Positions 25,136 to 38,100 of a DNA stretch of 64,000 bases are shown in pieces. Under the pieces are notes generated by a model. The model was not told the DNA's origin. It saw only the letters and a list, made by a program, of their open reading frames with translations, and made no database searches. A program made the translations under genes and the position numbers. How positions within the stretch are numbered: the stretch's first letter is position 1; each line of letters opens with the position of its first letter. Source of the stretch: Octopus vulgaris (taxonomy: Eukaryota); NCBI GenBank assembly GCA_951406725.2, contig OX597837.1, forward strand, positions 1,054,001-1,118,000, in the 5' to 3' direction.

Positions 25136-25599
25136 AATCTCTGAAGCCACCTCGAGCGAGACACTTTGATAGATTTTCAATTCCATGTTGTGCGTAAGCT
25201 TCGCACTATACAGTGGTGTGGAAGTTCCCCAAAATATCATCAGGTATGACGTGTCAGGTGTAGAGTTTGTTCTTGAATCTCTGTTTCGCTCCTCTGCTCA
25301 GGCCATCAGATATTTTGAACTGTAAGACAACCCTCGTATGTGTGGGTCTGTCTGTGTGTCAGTCTCCCCGTCCGTCTATTTATACATACATTATGCATAT
25401 ACATGCACACACGTAAGTGCTTGCATATATTTAGCTATGTATTGAATATCTATAGATCGGTTTGTTTATCCCTATCAATATAGATGAATGTATTTATTGT
25501 TCCTTGGTCATCTTATCTATCGGTCAACAAATCTGTCTATCGATCTGTCACGCGACCAATCTATCATCAATTTTAATATTTTCATGCGTGGCAACAAGT

Positions 25600-25873
25600 T
25601 TACTTTTCAACCTGTCTTTCTGTCTCTCTCTCTCTCTCTCTCTTTGCATCTGTCTGTCTGTCTGTCTATCTACATATCTGTCTGTCTGTCTGTTTGTTTG
25701 TCTGTCTCTGACTACCTGTCTCTGTCTGTCTCTGTCAGCCTGCCTGTCGAACTGTCTTTGTGTCGAACTGGCTGTTTGTCTATCTGTCTTTGTCTGGCTA
25801 ACTTATTGTCTCTCAGTCTGTTTGCCTGCCTGTCTGTCAATGTGGCTAACTGTTATGTATGTATGTATGTATG

Positions 25874-25948
<75 letters not shown>

Positions 25949-25980
25949 CTATCTATTTATCTGTCTGTCTGTCTGTCATT
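25600..25980. repeat. (TGTC)n/(TATC)n compound microsatellite
   Basis: Direct inspection. Confidence 0.9.
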
Positions 25981-26455
25981 CTACAAATATATTGAACAAT
26001 TTGTCTAATCTTTTTATCTATCAATAAGTCTGTTCATATTCTAAAAGTTTAATTAATCTTTCTATCTATAATTATGTATCCCTCTTTTTCTTTACCTTTC
26101 TACTCCTCTCTCTCTTTCTCCCTCTCCTTCTCTCTCTCTGTATATATATATATATATATATATATGTTTATTATATTAGGTCATAATCTTTGATATATCC
26201 AGACGTGCCTGTGTATAGAAGCTTCAAGCCATCAAACAAAAGCCATATTTATTTCCACTCTGTTTTTCTTATGCTCTTCGCTTTGAAATCGCAGAGAGTT
26301 TTATTGAAATATTCTCATCAATGTTTACATTGATTGACAATATTCGTTAGAATTCTTCACTGATATGTAATATCAACAGTTTTGTTATGTGTCTCGCAGA
26401 CATCGTTAAAACTCTCTCATTATACACATACCCCAATACACACACACGCGCGCAT

Positions 26456-26487
<32 letters not shown>

Positions 26488-26616
26488 TTACATACACACA
26501 CACATACATTCAAACTCACAAAAGTACGTATGGAAAAAGTCGAACATCAGCGAAATATTGCAGAAATTTGTGTCGTCGATTCGAGTGTGGTATACGAAAG
26601 ACATCTATCTATCTAT

Positions 26617-26662
<46 letters not shown>

Positions 26663-26768
26663 CACATATACATATATGTGTTTATATATATATATGCATA
26701 TATACACAGACACACGTGTGTTTATATATATACACACACATACATATATGTGTCTATACACACACACT

Positions 26769-26830
<62 letters not shown>

Positions 26831-26834
26831 TGTA

Positions 26835-27055
26835 CAGTAATCCCTCGCCTTATCGCGGTTCACCTATCACGGTTTATTATTTAAGCTTACCTCGATTCCT
26901 CCGTGGTTTTGTCTTGCATTTATAATAAAATAAATATATGCAAATTATAAAATGATTTTTAAAAAATCCAGTAGAGTACTGTTTCTACTTCACGGATTTT
27001 CACCTATCGCGGGTGATTTTGGAATGTAACACCCGTGATAGTTGAGGGGTTATTG
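26835..27055. mobile_element. Tigger/pogo-like MITE
   Basis: TA|CAGTAATCCCTCGCCTTATCGCGG...CCGTGATAGTTGAGGGGTTATTG|TA; internal repeats of TTCACCTATC(A/G)CGG. Confidence 0.85.
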
Positions 27056-27339
27056 TATATTGTGTGAAAAGGACGGATGCAGTTTTCTTTGTCGTTCGTT
27101 TCTCACCATTCCTCCCTTAGATTTACGCTTCTTACGAACCTCAACATCCTTACACGTCGCATATCTGTCATTTTTTATATTTGCGAAGTTTACCTTTTTC
27201 TACGCAAAAGTGCTTTTCAACCCAATATTTGCATGCTATTAAGTATAGCTCTATGTGATGTGCTTCGAGATCCAGTGTTTTGAAGAAAGCAAGAAAAACA
27301 AAAGCAATTTCATCTTCCCTCAGTATTTATAAAATAAAT

Positions 27340-27532
27340 TAACATGCATGTGGCTGAATATTCCACAGAAACGTGTAACCTTTAACCTCAGGGTGGAAAC
27401 AGAGTGTGAAAAAGCCGATCCTCTAAAATACAGGAACAACGTGAAATGAAGTGTTTTGCTCAAGAACACAACGCGTCGTCGGGAATTGAACTCACGAACT
27501 TCCGATCCTGAGCCGAATACCCTAACCACTCA
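27340..27532 (-). mobile_element. tRNA-derived SINE family C
   Basis: Reverse complement reads AGTGGTTAGGGTATTCGGCTCAGGATC..GTGAGTTCAATTCCCGAC..GTGTTCTTGAGCAAAACACTTCATTTCACGTTG (A/B boxes plus CORE-like segment). Relatives at about 34035-34230(+) and 54000-54235(-). Confidence 0.8.
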
Positions 27533-27694
27533 TCGATTATATATATTCTTTTACTTGATTCAGTCATTTGTCTGCGGCCATGCTGGAGCACCGCCTTATA
27601 CACACACATACATATATAAATGGTGGTGTTCCACCATGACTGCAGCCGCGTGGCTGAAACGAGTAAAAGAAAATAAATATATATATATATATAT

Positions 27695-27811
27695 AAGAAA
27701 ACAAAGTGCAGAATTGCTAATGAACAACAATTGACTTACATCAATTATTATTATTTATTAATTGATGTAAGTCAATAGTTGTTCGTCAATATTTCTCCAT
27801 TTTCTGTTTTC
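27695..27811. repeat. Imperfect inverted repeat (core arms 27722-27747 and 27759-27784), probable Penelope-like inverted end
   Basis: GAACAACAATTGACTTACATCAATTA...TAATTGATGTAAGTCAATAGTTGTTC; similar sequence at about 15905-15945. Confidence 0.8.
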
Positions 27812-28047
27812 TTTAAATTTTGATTCTTGATAAGCCCATGTTTATCCTTGTCTTATAACTTCTGAACATATGCTTGCATATCTATGTCCATGGTTAAACA
27901 CAGGTAATATACCGCTAGTGTAATGGATACTTCTAACACTTAGACAGTTATTTTAACCTCTAACTCAACATAAGTGACACTCGCTAGGGAAGCTAGGTCC
28001 CACAAAACGCCAGAAGCAATTTTTGTTATCGTCAATATTTCATGAAA

Positions 28048-28139
28048 TTAACTAAGGGCTTCCAGGGAATGGTGTGAGGTATTCTGCCTCTCTTTAACTA
28101 AGGGCTTCCAGGGAATGGTGTAGGGTATTCTGCCTCTCT
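28048..28139 (+). repeat. 46-bp tandem duplication
   Basis: TTAACTAAGGGCTTCCAGGGAATGGTGT(GA/AG)GGTATTCTGCCTCTCT twice. Confidence 0.95.
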
Positions 28140-28537
28140 ACCTCTCTTTTCATCGCGAAAATTTCTCATTTTGAATGAAAGTTGAAAATTTCAGTTTAGG
28201 GTTTTTCTACAACGTTGCTACAGTCTCATTCTGTGGGCATACAACAGTCGAAGAGATCGATCCAAAGCAGAACTGTTTGGGCCTCTTTCATAGAAGCGAT
28301 AATTTTGTGTGCGTTAAGTGGGCACTGCGCGCGCGCACGCATATACAGTTAATCATAAACACACACAGAATAAAAAAAACACATACACATACTCATAGAA
28401 TCATAACGCACACACATGCATATATATAATGTGCGTGTGTGTTTATGCGTGTACAGTGTCAATCACTTGTGAGCGATAACACCGTTGGTTATTCGGTTCC
28501 AACAGAACAAACACCGCTTCATTAAATTTTTCATTGC

Positions 28538-28569
<32 letters not shown>

Positions 28570-29014
28570 GAGAGAGAGAGAGAGTTCGTGCCCCCCCCCC
28601 CGCACATATATATACATTATAGAGACTGGAGGTATTGGAAAGACCAGTGTGTTCCTGAAGTTGACATTACGATCCACTAGGATCATACTGGCCTTTTGCA
28701 ATGCTGAAAAAAAAGGGTTAAAGAAGGATATAATGCTGGTATTGAAGCAAATGATGATGGTAAAGGCTAGAGGAAAAGAAGTAATGATGGAAGCGGATGG
28801 GGAGAAAGAAATAAAAAGGGTGATGACTAAGAAACGAAGAGAAGGGAAAGGAGACGAACATCTCATTGATGAAACTGAGATGCCGATGTTATCAGAGAGG
28901 ATAAGGGGACAAGGGGGCATGTGTATGTACGGGTGTATGTGTGTTGATATTGTTTCCTTGTTAGTACTTGATAACAAGGTAATCTACGAAGGTGCCGTCC
29001 AAATATCAGCAGCT

Positions 29015-29069
<55 letters not shown>

Positions 29070-29953
29070 GGTGACAAAATGCTGCTGCTGATGATGATAT
29101 CGAGAGAATTGAGAGGAGAGAAAAAGAATCATTATTTTAATTTACCGATTTTAGAATTATTTTTCTCAAACTCTCCCGCCCCTCTAAAAACAATATATTG
29201 TTAATCTCTTATAGGTTTAAGTTTAATTTGAAACCTTTTCCTACAGATGATATACGAAGGGAGCTGTGATTTGGTCGAGTTGGTTGGTTGAGTTCAAAAA
29301 ATAGTAATAGCGTTACTCTGTTTATTCCGGTACTTTACGTTGTCAGTTCAAATCCTGCCGAGGTCGACTTTACTTCCGCCCTTTCTGGCGCTTAATAGAA
29401 TAATTACTAGTTAAGTCCTGATGCCGATTAATTCATTGCTAATCGCATTAATAGAAATTCCGTAGAATTTGATATACTAATGGCATCGGTAACTTTGGAA
29501 AGGAGATTCTAGGTGTGTCTCTCGAGTGGGGGCCACACACAACTATGGTGATAGTACAATAGGGATCCCTTCCTCTCAAATAACCAACCAACAGCTGTAA
29601 AACTACGTCATCAACGCATATACTGTGATGTAATTTAGACGACAATTTAGATATACATACATATTTGATATGTATATATAGTAGCTAAAAACTATTAATC
29701 TCGCTTCAGAGCGAAACGAGTTCCTTTTCTAACGAACCATCGACAGAACTAGAAAATCTATAGACAGGTTCCGATATTCTGCTGACGGTAGTTTAGCCAT
29801 CTTTTTGGCGTGGTTCAGCTGTCTTTACTTTTTAACATAGTCCAGTAGAGCTGTATTCTACGATTAACAATAAATGAGAATATATTTCAAATAATTTACG
29901 TTATGTATGGAGAACTGTCTGTTCAACAGTAACTTTTTCCATTACGACAAAGC

Positions 29954-30009
<56 letters not shown>

Positions 30010-30329
30010 CATACATACATACATACACACATCCGCAGACACACTTAAAACAGCAGTAGATTAAATTCCTACAGCCAGTGGCGTTCTGAGTTTATGTATG
30101 TATTATAATTGATATACGCATCGTTATAAATGTGTATAAATATATGTGCGTGTATCTGTGTTGTTATATACGTATGTATAAACATCTGTCTATACGAACA
30201 CATACATATATTTGCACACACATATGTCTCTGTATATGCCGGTAAACGTGTATATACGGCGAATGACATTTAAAAGATAATGTGGGCAAGCAAATGGACT
30301 AACGACGCCATCTTTATTGCGAAGTGCCG

Positions 30330-30395
<66 letters not shown>

Positions 30396-31306
30396 CATTT
30401 AAAAGATAACGAAAGTAAGCCAAATGAACTAATAAACGCCATTTTATTGAGAAACTCCGATAACAATTCCAGATCATAGTTCAGCAGAAACAAAAATATA
30501 CTGGTAACTAGAGAACGGCATACCGTTCACAACATCTCGTGTGTCTGTAATAAATGCAGGCCTTTGTTCCTCGACTCGAGGAGAAACAGTTTAGACGGTG
30601 ATAACGCTATCTTTATTGCTATACTGATAACATTTGGATATCAGATATCGCACAGGAAGCCAAAGTTACAAGATAATATTTGGTTATCTGACTAAAAGGC
30701 TTCGATTGCAGATTGGCGCCATTTTCAATTTACGGCTTACGTCGTTAATGTGTTAACGAGGAAAGTCATAAACGTCACAACGTCCCACGAGTTTTTGAGA
30801 TGAGACTGTCAGACGATTTGAAAAACAGAGAGAGAGAGAGAGAGAGAGATAAGCAAGGGGAAATGGAGAAGAGAGAAGTATGTTGTATGTTTGGCATTAC
30901 ATCAACATTACTGTCATCATCACCAGAATCATCATCATCATCACAACCGATGCCACCATCATCACAATCATCAGTATCATCATCGTCATTATCATCGCTA
31001 TTACGATCATCATCACCATCACCACAGTCATCATCAACATGATCGCTATATTGTACTTTCTGCTTTGCTTCATCGTTAACCCCACAATCATCATCGACAT
31101 ATATAAAAGTATGATAAAATCAAAATAATGTGACAACGATCGCTGAAACTGCTAGAAATAACAGCGAAATCTACATCAGATTGCATGTTGCTTTCTTTAA
31201 ACGAGAAGGAGACACAATGCCAAAAACCATGTAGGAGCGCCTTAAGATCGTAGTTCTACTAAAACCCGGGGCTAAACAACAACAAAAGTAAAAGACAAAG
31301 AGACCA

Positions 31307-31525
31307 GTGCGTCTCAACGGGAACAGAATCCAATCGGCAGAAGACCGAGGGTTATATATACCACGAGCAAGATGGTTGGATAGCATCCATGAACTCGTTT
31401 GGTTTCGATTAGTCTGTCTTTGGGGATTCAATCGAATCAATTGGAGACGGTTGCATCTGAGAGGAGCCGATGGAAGGCATGCTTCAGAATTCTGCCTCCT
31501 CACCGACCATCTCAGGAATAATAAG
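31307..31525 (+). mobile_element. Rex3/Expander-like (RTE clade) LINE 3' end, decayed
   Basis: PRARWLDSIHELVWFRL / GIQSNQLETVASERSRWKACFRILP / RPSQE* resembles the Rex3-type C-terminus RPRTRWxDYxxxLxWxRLGI...LLPPRP. Confidence 0.7.
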
Positions 31526-31658
31526 TGTGCGAAGATGAGGCGAGAGGAACACACAGACTCTTACCTTCACTTAAAGAAACAAATGTACCTCTGAGTGGCA
31601 AATTTCGCGCGCATATATATGTATATACATACATACATACATACATATATATATATAT

Positions 31659-31806
31659 GCGTAGGAGTGGCTTGCTTACCAACCACATGGTTCCTGGTTC
31701 AGTCCTCTGCGTGGCACCTTGGGTAAGTGTCTTTTACTATAGCCTCCGGCCGACCAAAGTCTTGTGAGTTGGTTTGGTAGACGGAAACTTAAAGAAGCCC
31801 GTCGTA

Positions 31807-31878
<72 letters not shown>

Positions 31879-32067
31879 TTTGTATGTCTGTGTTTGTCCT
31901 CCCGGTTTGACAACCGATGCTGGTGTGCGGTTCGGCAAAAGAGACTAATAGAATAAGTACTAGGCTTACAAACAATAAGTCCTAGGGTCGATTTGCTCGA
32001 GAAAAGGCGGTGCTCCAGCATGGCCACAGTCAAATGACTGAAATAAATAAAAGAGTAAAAGAGAGAA
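31659..32067 (+). mobile_element. SINE family B, near full length, internal (TA)n(TG)n
   Basis: GCTTGCTTACCAACCACATGGTTCCTGGTTCAGTCC..GAAGCCCGTCG..GGCGGTGCTCCAGCATGGCCACAGTCAAATGACTGAAA. Confidence 0.92.
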
Positions 32068-32867
32068 TACATATATATAAAGTTATATGTTACATATATA
32101 AATTTAATGGAGCTTGATATTTCAGTAACGTTTACAAGAACTGAGCAACAATAATGGGGAGGTTTTTGCTGAGCGTGTGTATGGACATTTGTCCTGCTAG
32201 ATATAGAAACCAAATCACACCATTTTCACCAGCATTAACACCACTCAGCGCCATCACCACCATCGTCAGATAATATCCAATCTGCCTTTCTTCTTTAATA
32301 ATATACAAAAATGCTATATTGAGACAATCTTTAATGTCGTCCTTGATTAATCTGGGTGGTCAAAGCTGGGCCGTCTTTGGCATCCCTTTTCATTATTTTA
32401 AGCTTGATATTTATCCGGCTCTATATTGCACATTATCCTAATATATCTGATCTTGAACAAAACAACAACGATGAGAAGAATAGTTAGTGCAACAACCAAA
32501 CGAAAACAAAATGGTTGACTAGAAAAACAAGAAAATAAGAAGCAAGAACAAAGATGACAGCGAAATATAAACAAATTAACGAAACGACAACAACAAGTAA
32601 AAACATAATAATTTTAGCAACAGTGGAACTGTATCAAGAAGCAGACATTAACGATAATAATAACAATAATGATGATAATAATAATAATAATAATATCAAT
32701 GAAATAATAGACCAACTATAGGAACAACAGTTATAAGTTTAAAATCTCCTTTCTGGCGTTTATTGTTGTTGCTGTCTTCTTAATCCCAGTAAATCCGTTT
32801 TGATTAGTCACTAAGCTTATACACAAACATAAACAATTATAAGACACTCGTATGATATCGAGTGTGC

Positions 32868-32938
<71 letters not shown>

Positions 32939-33274
32939 TTCACATACATAGACGTATGTATGTATGGATCTATCTAATACACACACACATACGTATGTAT
33001 GTATGGATCTATCTAATACACACACACATACGTATTTGTGTATACATTTAAACACGCAAATACTCATCCATACAAACACACATAGGTTTTTACCCGATGG
33101 TTCACTACACTCAAACTTCACTACACTGAGCATGCGCGGGGACAGTAACACAGTGGATGAAACGGGCGTTGATGTGTAATATTTGTGTACATGTCTTGGT
33201 AACCAGACACAACTAAATTATCAATAGCTATTGTTTTATTTTCATTACTACATTGGTTTAACTCTTCTTCTTCT

Positions 33275-33332
<58 letters not shown>

Positions 33333-34034
33333 CTCTTTCTCATATCCTTTTCCCTCCATTTTTACCTGGCTATCCTCAACTTTCAATTATTTAACTACTT
33401 CTTACGTCATTCAATACCGGACAAGTATAATGGTTTTTTTCTTTATTGTCTCCCTTTCTGTGGGAACGCCCAACAGGTTCCCGCCCCTAGATTCACGCCC
33501 TTTCTAGGTAAAAGCTTTCGTTTTTTATTCCCAATTTCCCAATACATCACCGTTGATCCAGTTTTCTTTTGTCGAGTGAAATACTGTCGTAAATGTGTAC
33601 GCATAGATGTGTGAGTAAATACATTGCGGTATATATGTTTGTGTGGGTGTGAATATATTAGGTGTTTGATTATGTATTAGTGTAAGTCCATATACGTTTA
33701 TTTATTTATTTATTTTCGTGTAAGGTTGGGTATAAATGTAAATGTAAGAGGTTTTCTGTTTATTAATCTTCTGGTTGATTGCTTCGAAACCATTTACGAT
33801 TTGAAAGACAAAGAAACTTATGCCTGCGTATGCATATTGCCATGTAAGTTTTCTATATAATATATATACGCGCGCGTGAGTATGTGTATATACGCACACA
33901 CTCTTTGGTGTATATTGATATATTGATCGCATAACATCGCTGTGAATTATTCGTTTATCCGCCTGCTGGTGTACAGTTGTGCTTGGCACCCATAACTGAT
34001 CACACAAACACATATACGTACACTAACACCCATA

Positions 34035-34230
34035 CAAGGGCCAATGGACAGAGTATATAGTTCTCGATAAATAGTTCACGAGTTTGAATCCAGGGCCGGA
34101 TGGCGAGTGTTGTACCCTCGATCGAAATACTTCATTTCGTGTTGCTCATGTCCAGCAAAAGAAAAAAATCAAAAATGACAGCGCAAGCGCCACCTGGGGA
34201 CTGACCCTGCAATGGATTTGAGTTCCCTTC
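34035..34230 (+). mobile_element. SINE family C, diverged
   Basis: CACGAGTTTGAATCC..AAATACTTCATTTCGTGTTGCTC..CCCTGCAATGGA. Confidence 0.6.
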
Positions 34231-34525
34231 ATATAACAACAAACAAGATGAGGACAGATATCCGTCAATTGTAAATAATGTAAAATAGCTAATTGTAAAA
34301 ATCTCAAGAAGAGATCAGAGTAGTAACTATACCAACAAGCAAAGATAATCGCCAAATCATTGTGGCTGTTCCATGTTACTACTAGTTTAATCCCAGGCAG
34401 ATCTTCCGCCAGCTGGTCATCGGTGCGGCGCTGCACTATATGTATATATATATATATATATAATACAATATTTATTGCTGGCATGGGTAGCAAAGCCCTA
34501 CCATCCTCTAACAGACAACAATATT

Positions 34526-34570
34526 GCGAGACTAACTCAGTTTCGAGCTGGTTGGCCCGTCCTCAGTCAC
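34526..34570 (-). ncRNA. Minimal type I hammerhead ribozyme motif
   Basis: Minus strand GTGA-CTGAGGA-C-GGGC(CAACCA)GCTC-GAAA-CTG(AGT)TAG-TC-TCGC: CUGANGA core, G10.1-C11.1 stem II with one extra nt after A9, GUC cleavage triplet, 4-bp stem I. AATAAA and (TA)n lie downstream. Confidence 0.75.
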
Positions 34571-35299
34571 GAGTACCTGGTCGCCTGAGCGACAGCCAGG
34601 GTCAGCTTCAGCAGAGGTATTTGTTTAGGTGTGATTGTGGGTATATCTGTTTGTCTATTTTTGTACATATTCCAGTCTTTTGTGAACTGGAAGGAATCAT
34701 TTAGGATGTGCGTGTGTCTCTGGATTGTTACGTGCCAAGATAGGCAATCATCACACGCATATGTCACGGGATTAATGCCACAACTCTAATATCACTTGGA
34801 AATTATAAGCCCTTGTCTGTCAACAATTTTCTCTCTTGTGTTAACTATAGTATATATTTAATCTTTCATTTATTTTACTCCATGACAGATTTAGACATCA
34901 GTGTTCACTTCAGCACCACATATTTGTTCTTATTGCGAAAGTACCCAGTGACTCGGTTGCATGGTAACTTAATGGTGAAGTGGATGCTAGCCCTTAGTTT
35001 AATAAAGCAAAAAGTGCTAAAGACAGAAACAATATTTAGAATTAGCAGAATCGTTTGAGCGTCGAACAAAATACGTAAAGGTATTTGTTCTGGTCCTTCA
35101 AGTTTTGAGTCCAGTGATAAAATAAAAAGCACACAAAAACTCCAGATATTTTGTAAAACAATGAGATAATGTAGTTTTAAAGTGATTCTTATGTTGGTAC
35201 ACAAGTTTCAAATGCCCCGAGGAATCGCCAGTGGTTAGTTGTGTCTAGTCTGTTGAGTAAAGCAGCAAGTCTTTATATCCTTGGCATCTTTAAGGAAGC

Positions 35300-35495
35300 G
35301 AGGTGACAGAATTAGTAGCTCGCAAAGGGGTTAGCGGCATTTCATCTGCCTTTACGTTCTGAGTTCAAATTCCACCCGAGTCGACCTTGCATGTTATCCG
35401 TTCAGAGTCTGATAAAATAAGTACCAGTTGTACACTGGGGTGGATCTGATCGATTTACTCCCTCCTATAAAATTTCCTGGCATTGGTATCTTCGC
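35300..35495 (+). mobile_element. SINE family A, diverged
   Basis: TTACGTTCTGAGTTCAAATTCC..GTCGACCTTG..GATAAAATAAGTACCAGTTG. Confidence 0.8.
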
Positions 35496-35542
35496 ATAAA
35501 ACACACACTTGCACTCACACGGTACATACATACATACTTGAT

Positions 35543-35578
<36 letters not shown>

Positions 35579-36199
35579 ATCTATACACATTCATATGCAT
35601 GCAGATTCATATACATATACACGCATATTTATATGAATGTGCAAAGATATGAATATAGAAGTAGCACACACATACACACACACATATATGTATGTATAGT
35701 CGTAAGATACGATGTGTGTGTAGAAGTTAAGACGGTGGAGGTCAAGAAGTCCATCGAATCGAAATTGGTGTAAATGGGATGGGCTTAGGCGGGATATTCA
35801 CAGATTAACATTCTTTGTGGATTAAGCTACATCACTTATTCTCTTTGACTGACTTCCTTTGTCTGCAAGTACTTCTACCTCTTTCTCTTTCTCACTCGCT
35901 CCGTCTCTACGCAAGGCTAATGTTACTGGCCATGTATGTATGTGTATTTATGTGTGTATATTTATATGTGCCTATGTGTGTATTTGTATGTGTATATATA
36001 TGCTTGACTGTGTGTGTGTGTCTGTATATGTATACGTGTCTGTAAATATGTATGTTTTATATACTGTATACTTGAGTATTAAAACAAGGAGGGAGAAAAA
36101 GTGGCGGTGTTAATTTTCAGTGGGTACATGCGTATGTATATATATGCATATATATAATATATGTATATATATATATAAACGTATGCACACACATACAAT

Positions 36200-36613
36200 G
36201 TGTGGAGTTAAGTTTGAATAGGCCAGGATAACACATGCAGAACTCAAAAGAGATTCAAAGAAGAATGTTACGATCGAGAAGGCGAATCACAATGAGCTTT
36301 TTGACCGACCAGGCCTTTCTTTGGCTGGGCTCAAATCTCATTTGCGAATCCATGGAAAACGAACCTCCACCAACTATTTCTATGTCTGTGTACACCTTTC
36401 AATGCAATGTATGCCAGAAGCTCTGCAAATCTTACGGAGGCCTTAAAAGGCATTTTAAGATCCACAAAGATCAGAACTTATCTGCAGCTCTTGGTTCAAA
36501 TCAGATATGCAATTTTTAAACATTGTCTGGTTTAAAAAGCCACGTCAGATGCCATGATGGTGCAAACGTGTAGGTACAGGAGGCGGTCAGACTCTGCATA
36601 AGGAGTAGACAAC

Positions 36614-36615
<2 letters not shown>
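36200..36615 (+). mobile_element. RTE-clade LINE 3' end carrying three C2H2-type finger units, decayed, (CA)n tail
   Basis: GVKFE*ARITHAELKR...SLAGLKSHLRIH / YTFQCNVCQKLCKSYGGLKRHFKIH...ICNF*TLSGLKSHVRCH. FExxRxxxAExKR followed by CxxC..GLxSHxRxH is the RTE ORF2 C-terminus; stops and a frameshift are present. Confidence 0.75.
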
Positions 36616-36661
<46 letters not shown>

Positions 36662-36837
36662 TGTGTATGTAAATATATATGTGTATAGAAAGCCAAGAAT
36701 GTTCCGTCCTGGTTTTCCTGTCCGTCTTTGTATCGTCCATCTGTCCGCATATTTTATATTGTCCTCCTTTGCATTCTTGTTCCGCTTTTGGGATTTATAT
36801 TTAGCGGCGTACGTACAACTTTTGCTCAGCTTATAAG

Positions 36838-36920
<83 letters not shown>

Positions 36921-37172
36921 ATGTATATATGTGCATTTGTGTGTATGTTTGTGTATGCATATGTCTGTATATATGTATGTATATTGATATACTATGAATG
37001 TATGCATGGTAATGTGTCTATATATTCATGTATATGTTTAGATATATGTATATGTACACAGGCATATGCGTATATATAAATATATATATATGCATGTGCG
37101 TCTGTGTATATATGTGTGTGTATGTATGTGTGTGTGTATATATCTATGTATATATTTATATACATGTGTGTG

Positions 37173-37237
<65 letters not shown>

Positions 37238-37874
37238 GTATATATATATCTATGTATATATTTTTATATATATATATATACGCGCATACATAAGCATACA
37301 TTTATCAATATATGTGTGTCTACTTATATTAAAAAAAGTAATGTTGCGCGTACAACGTGTGTAAATGTGGAAGAGTTCACTGGAAGCTCTTAACAAGGTC
37401 GCGTGATGTCAGGTGAACCAGTCGTGTTGAAATCGATTGACCGACATGAATAAGCGACATAGGAACGCTAAAGACGTTGGAAATTTGACTTCATGTCACA
37501 GAGGGGGAGCTGTAAGCACAAATGCGTCTTTGCATTGTCTGTGCGTGCATTTGCGTTCATATCTGTGTCTGTGTGTGCCTGGGCTAGTTAGTACATCTGT
37601 ATACAGGCGTCTGTGTGTGTGTGTGTGTGTGTATTTGTGTGTGTGTGTGTGTGTGTGTGTATAATGAAAACATATGATAGGAAAAGTTTTTAGTATTTAT
37701 TCACCATTACACGTGTTCCATTTGCTGATAGGACTTACAAAATTCCTTCATGTAGTAGAAAACATGTAAGCTATCTCCTATTAGTATCGAATAATACAAA
37801 ATTTACACTGGAATCAAGCGTTTACATATATTTACTTACCCGGAGTCCTTTAGATTGTCATCTCTCTCTATCTC

Positions 37875-37942
<68 letters not shown>

Positions 37943-37972
37943 CATACATACATACATACATACATACATACA

Positions 37973-38003
<31 letters not shown>

Positions 38004-38100
38004 TCAGCAAAATTTAGATTCAGATGAATATGGTACTTAAGTTACAGGCACCAGAATTTGGTATGGTATTATCCATATAAATCAAACGGGGTGATTATAA

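Noticed and set aside
28048-28139. Direct repeats as a CRISPR-like array (also 59567-59627 and 32945-33035)
   Set aside because: Only 2-3 abutting units without spacers, eukaryotic context, no cas genes.
28531-29074. Overlapping 141-aa and 148-aa ORFs
   Set aside because: Low-complexity purine-rich sequence bounded by microsatellites; no domain recognised.
36235-36519. C2H2 zinc-finger ORF as a host ZNF gene
   Set aside because: Flanking frames carry RTE LINE C-terminal motifs, stops, a frameshift and a (CA)n tail; no TGEKP linkers.
37499-37513. CAGAGGGGGAGCTG as a CTCF site
   Set aside because: The 5' half does not fit the consensus.
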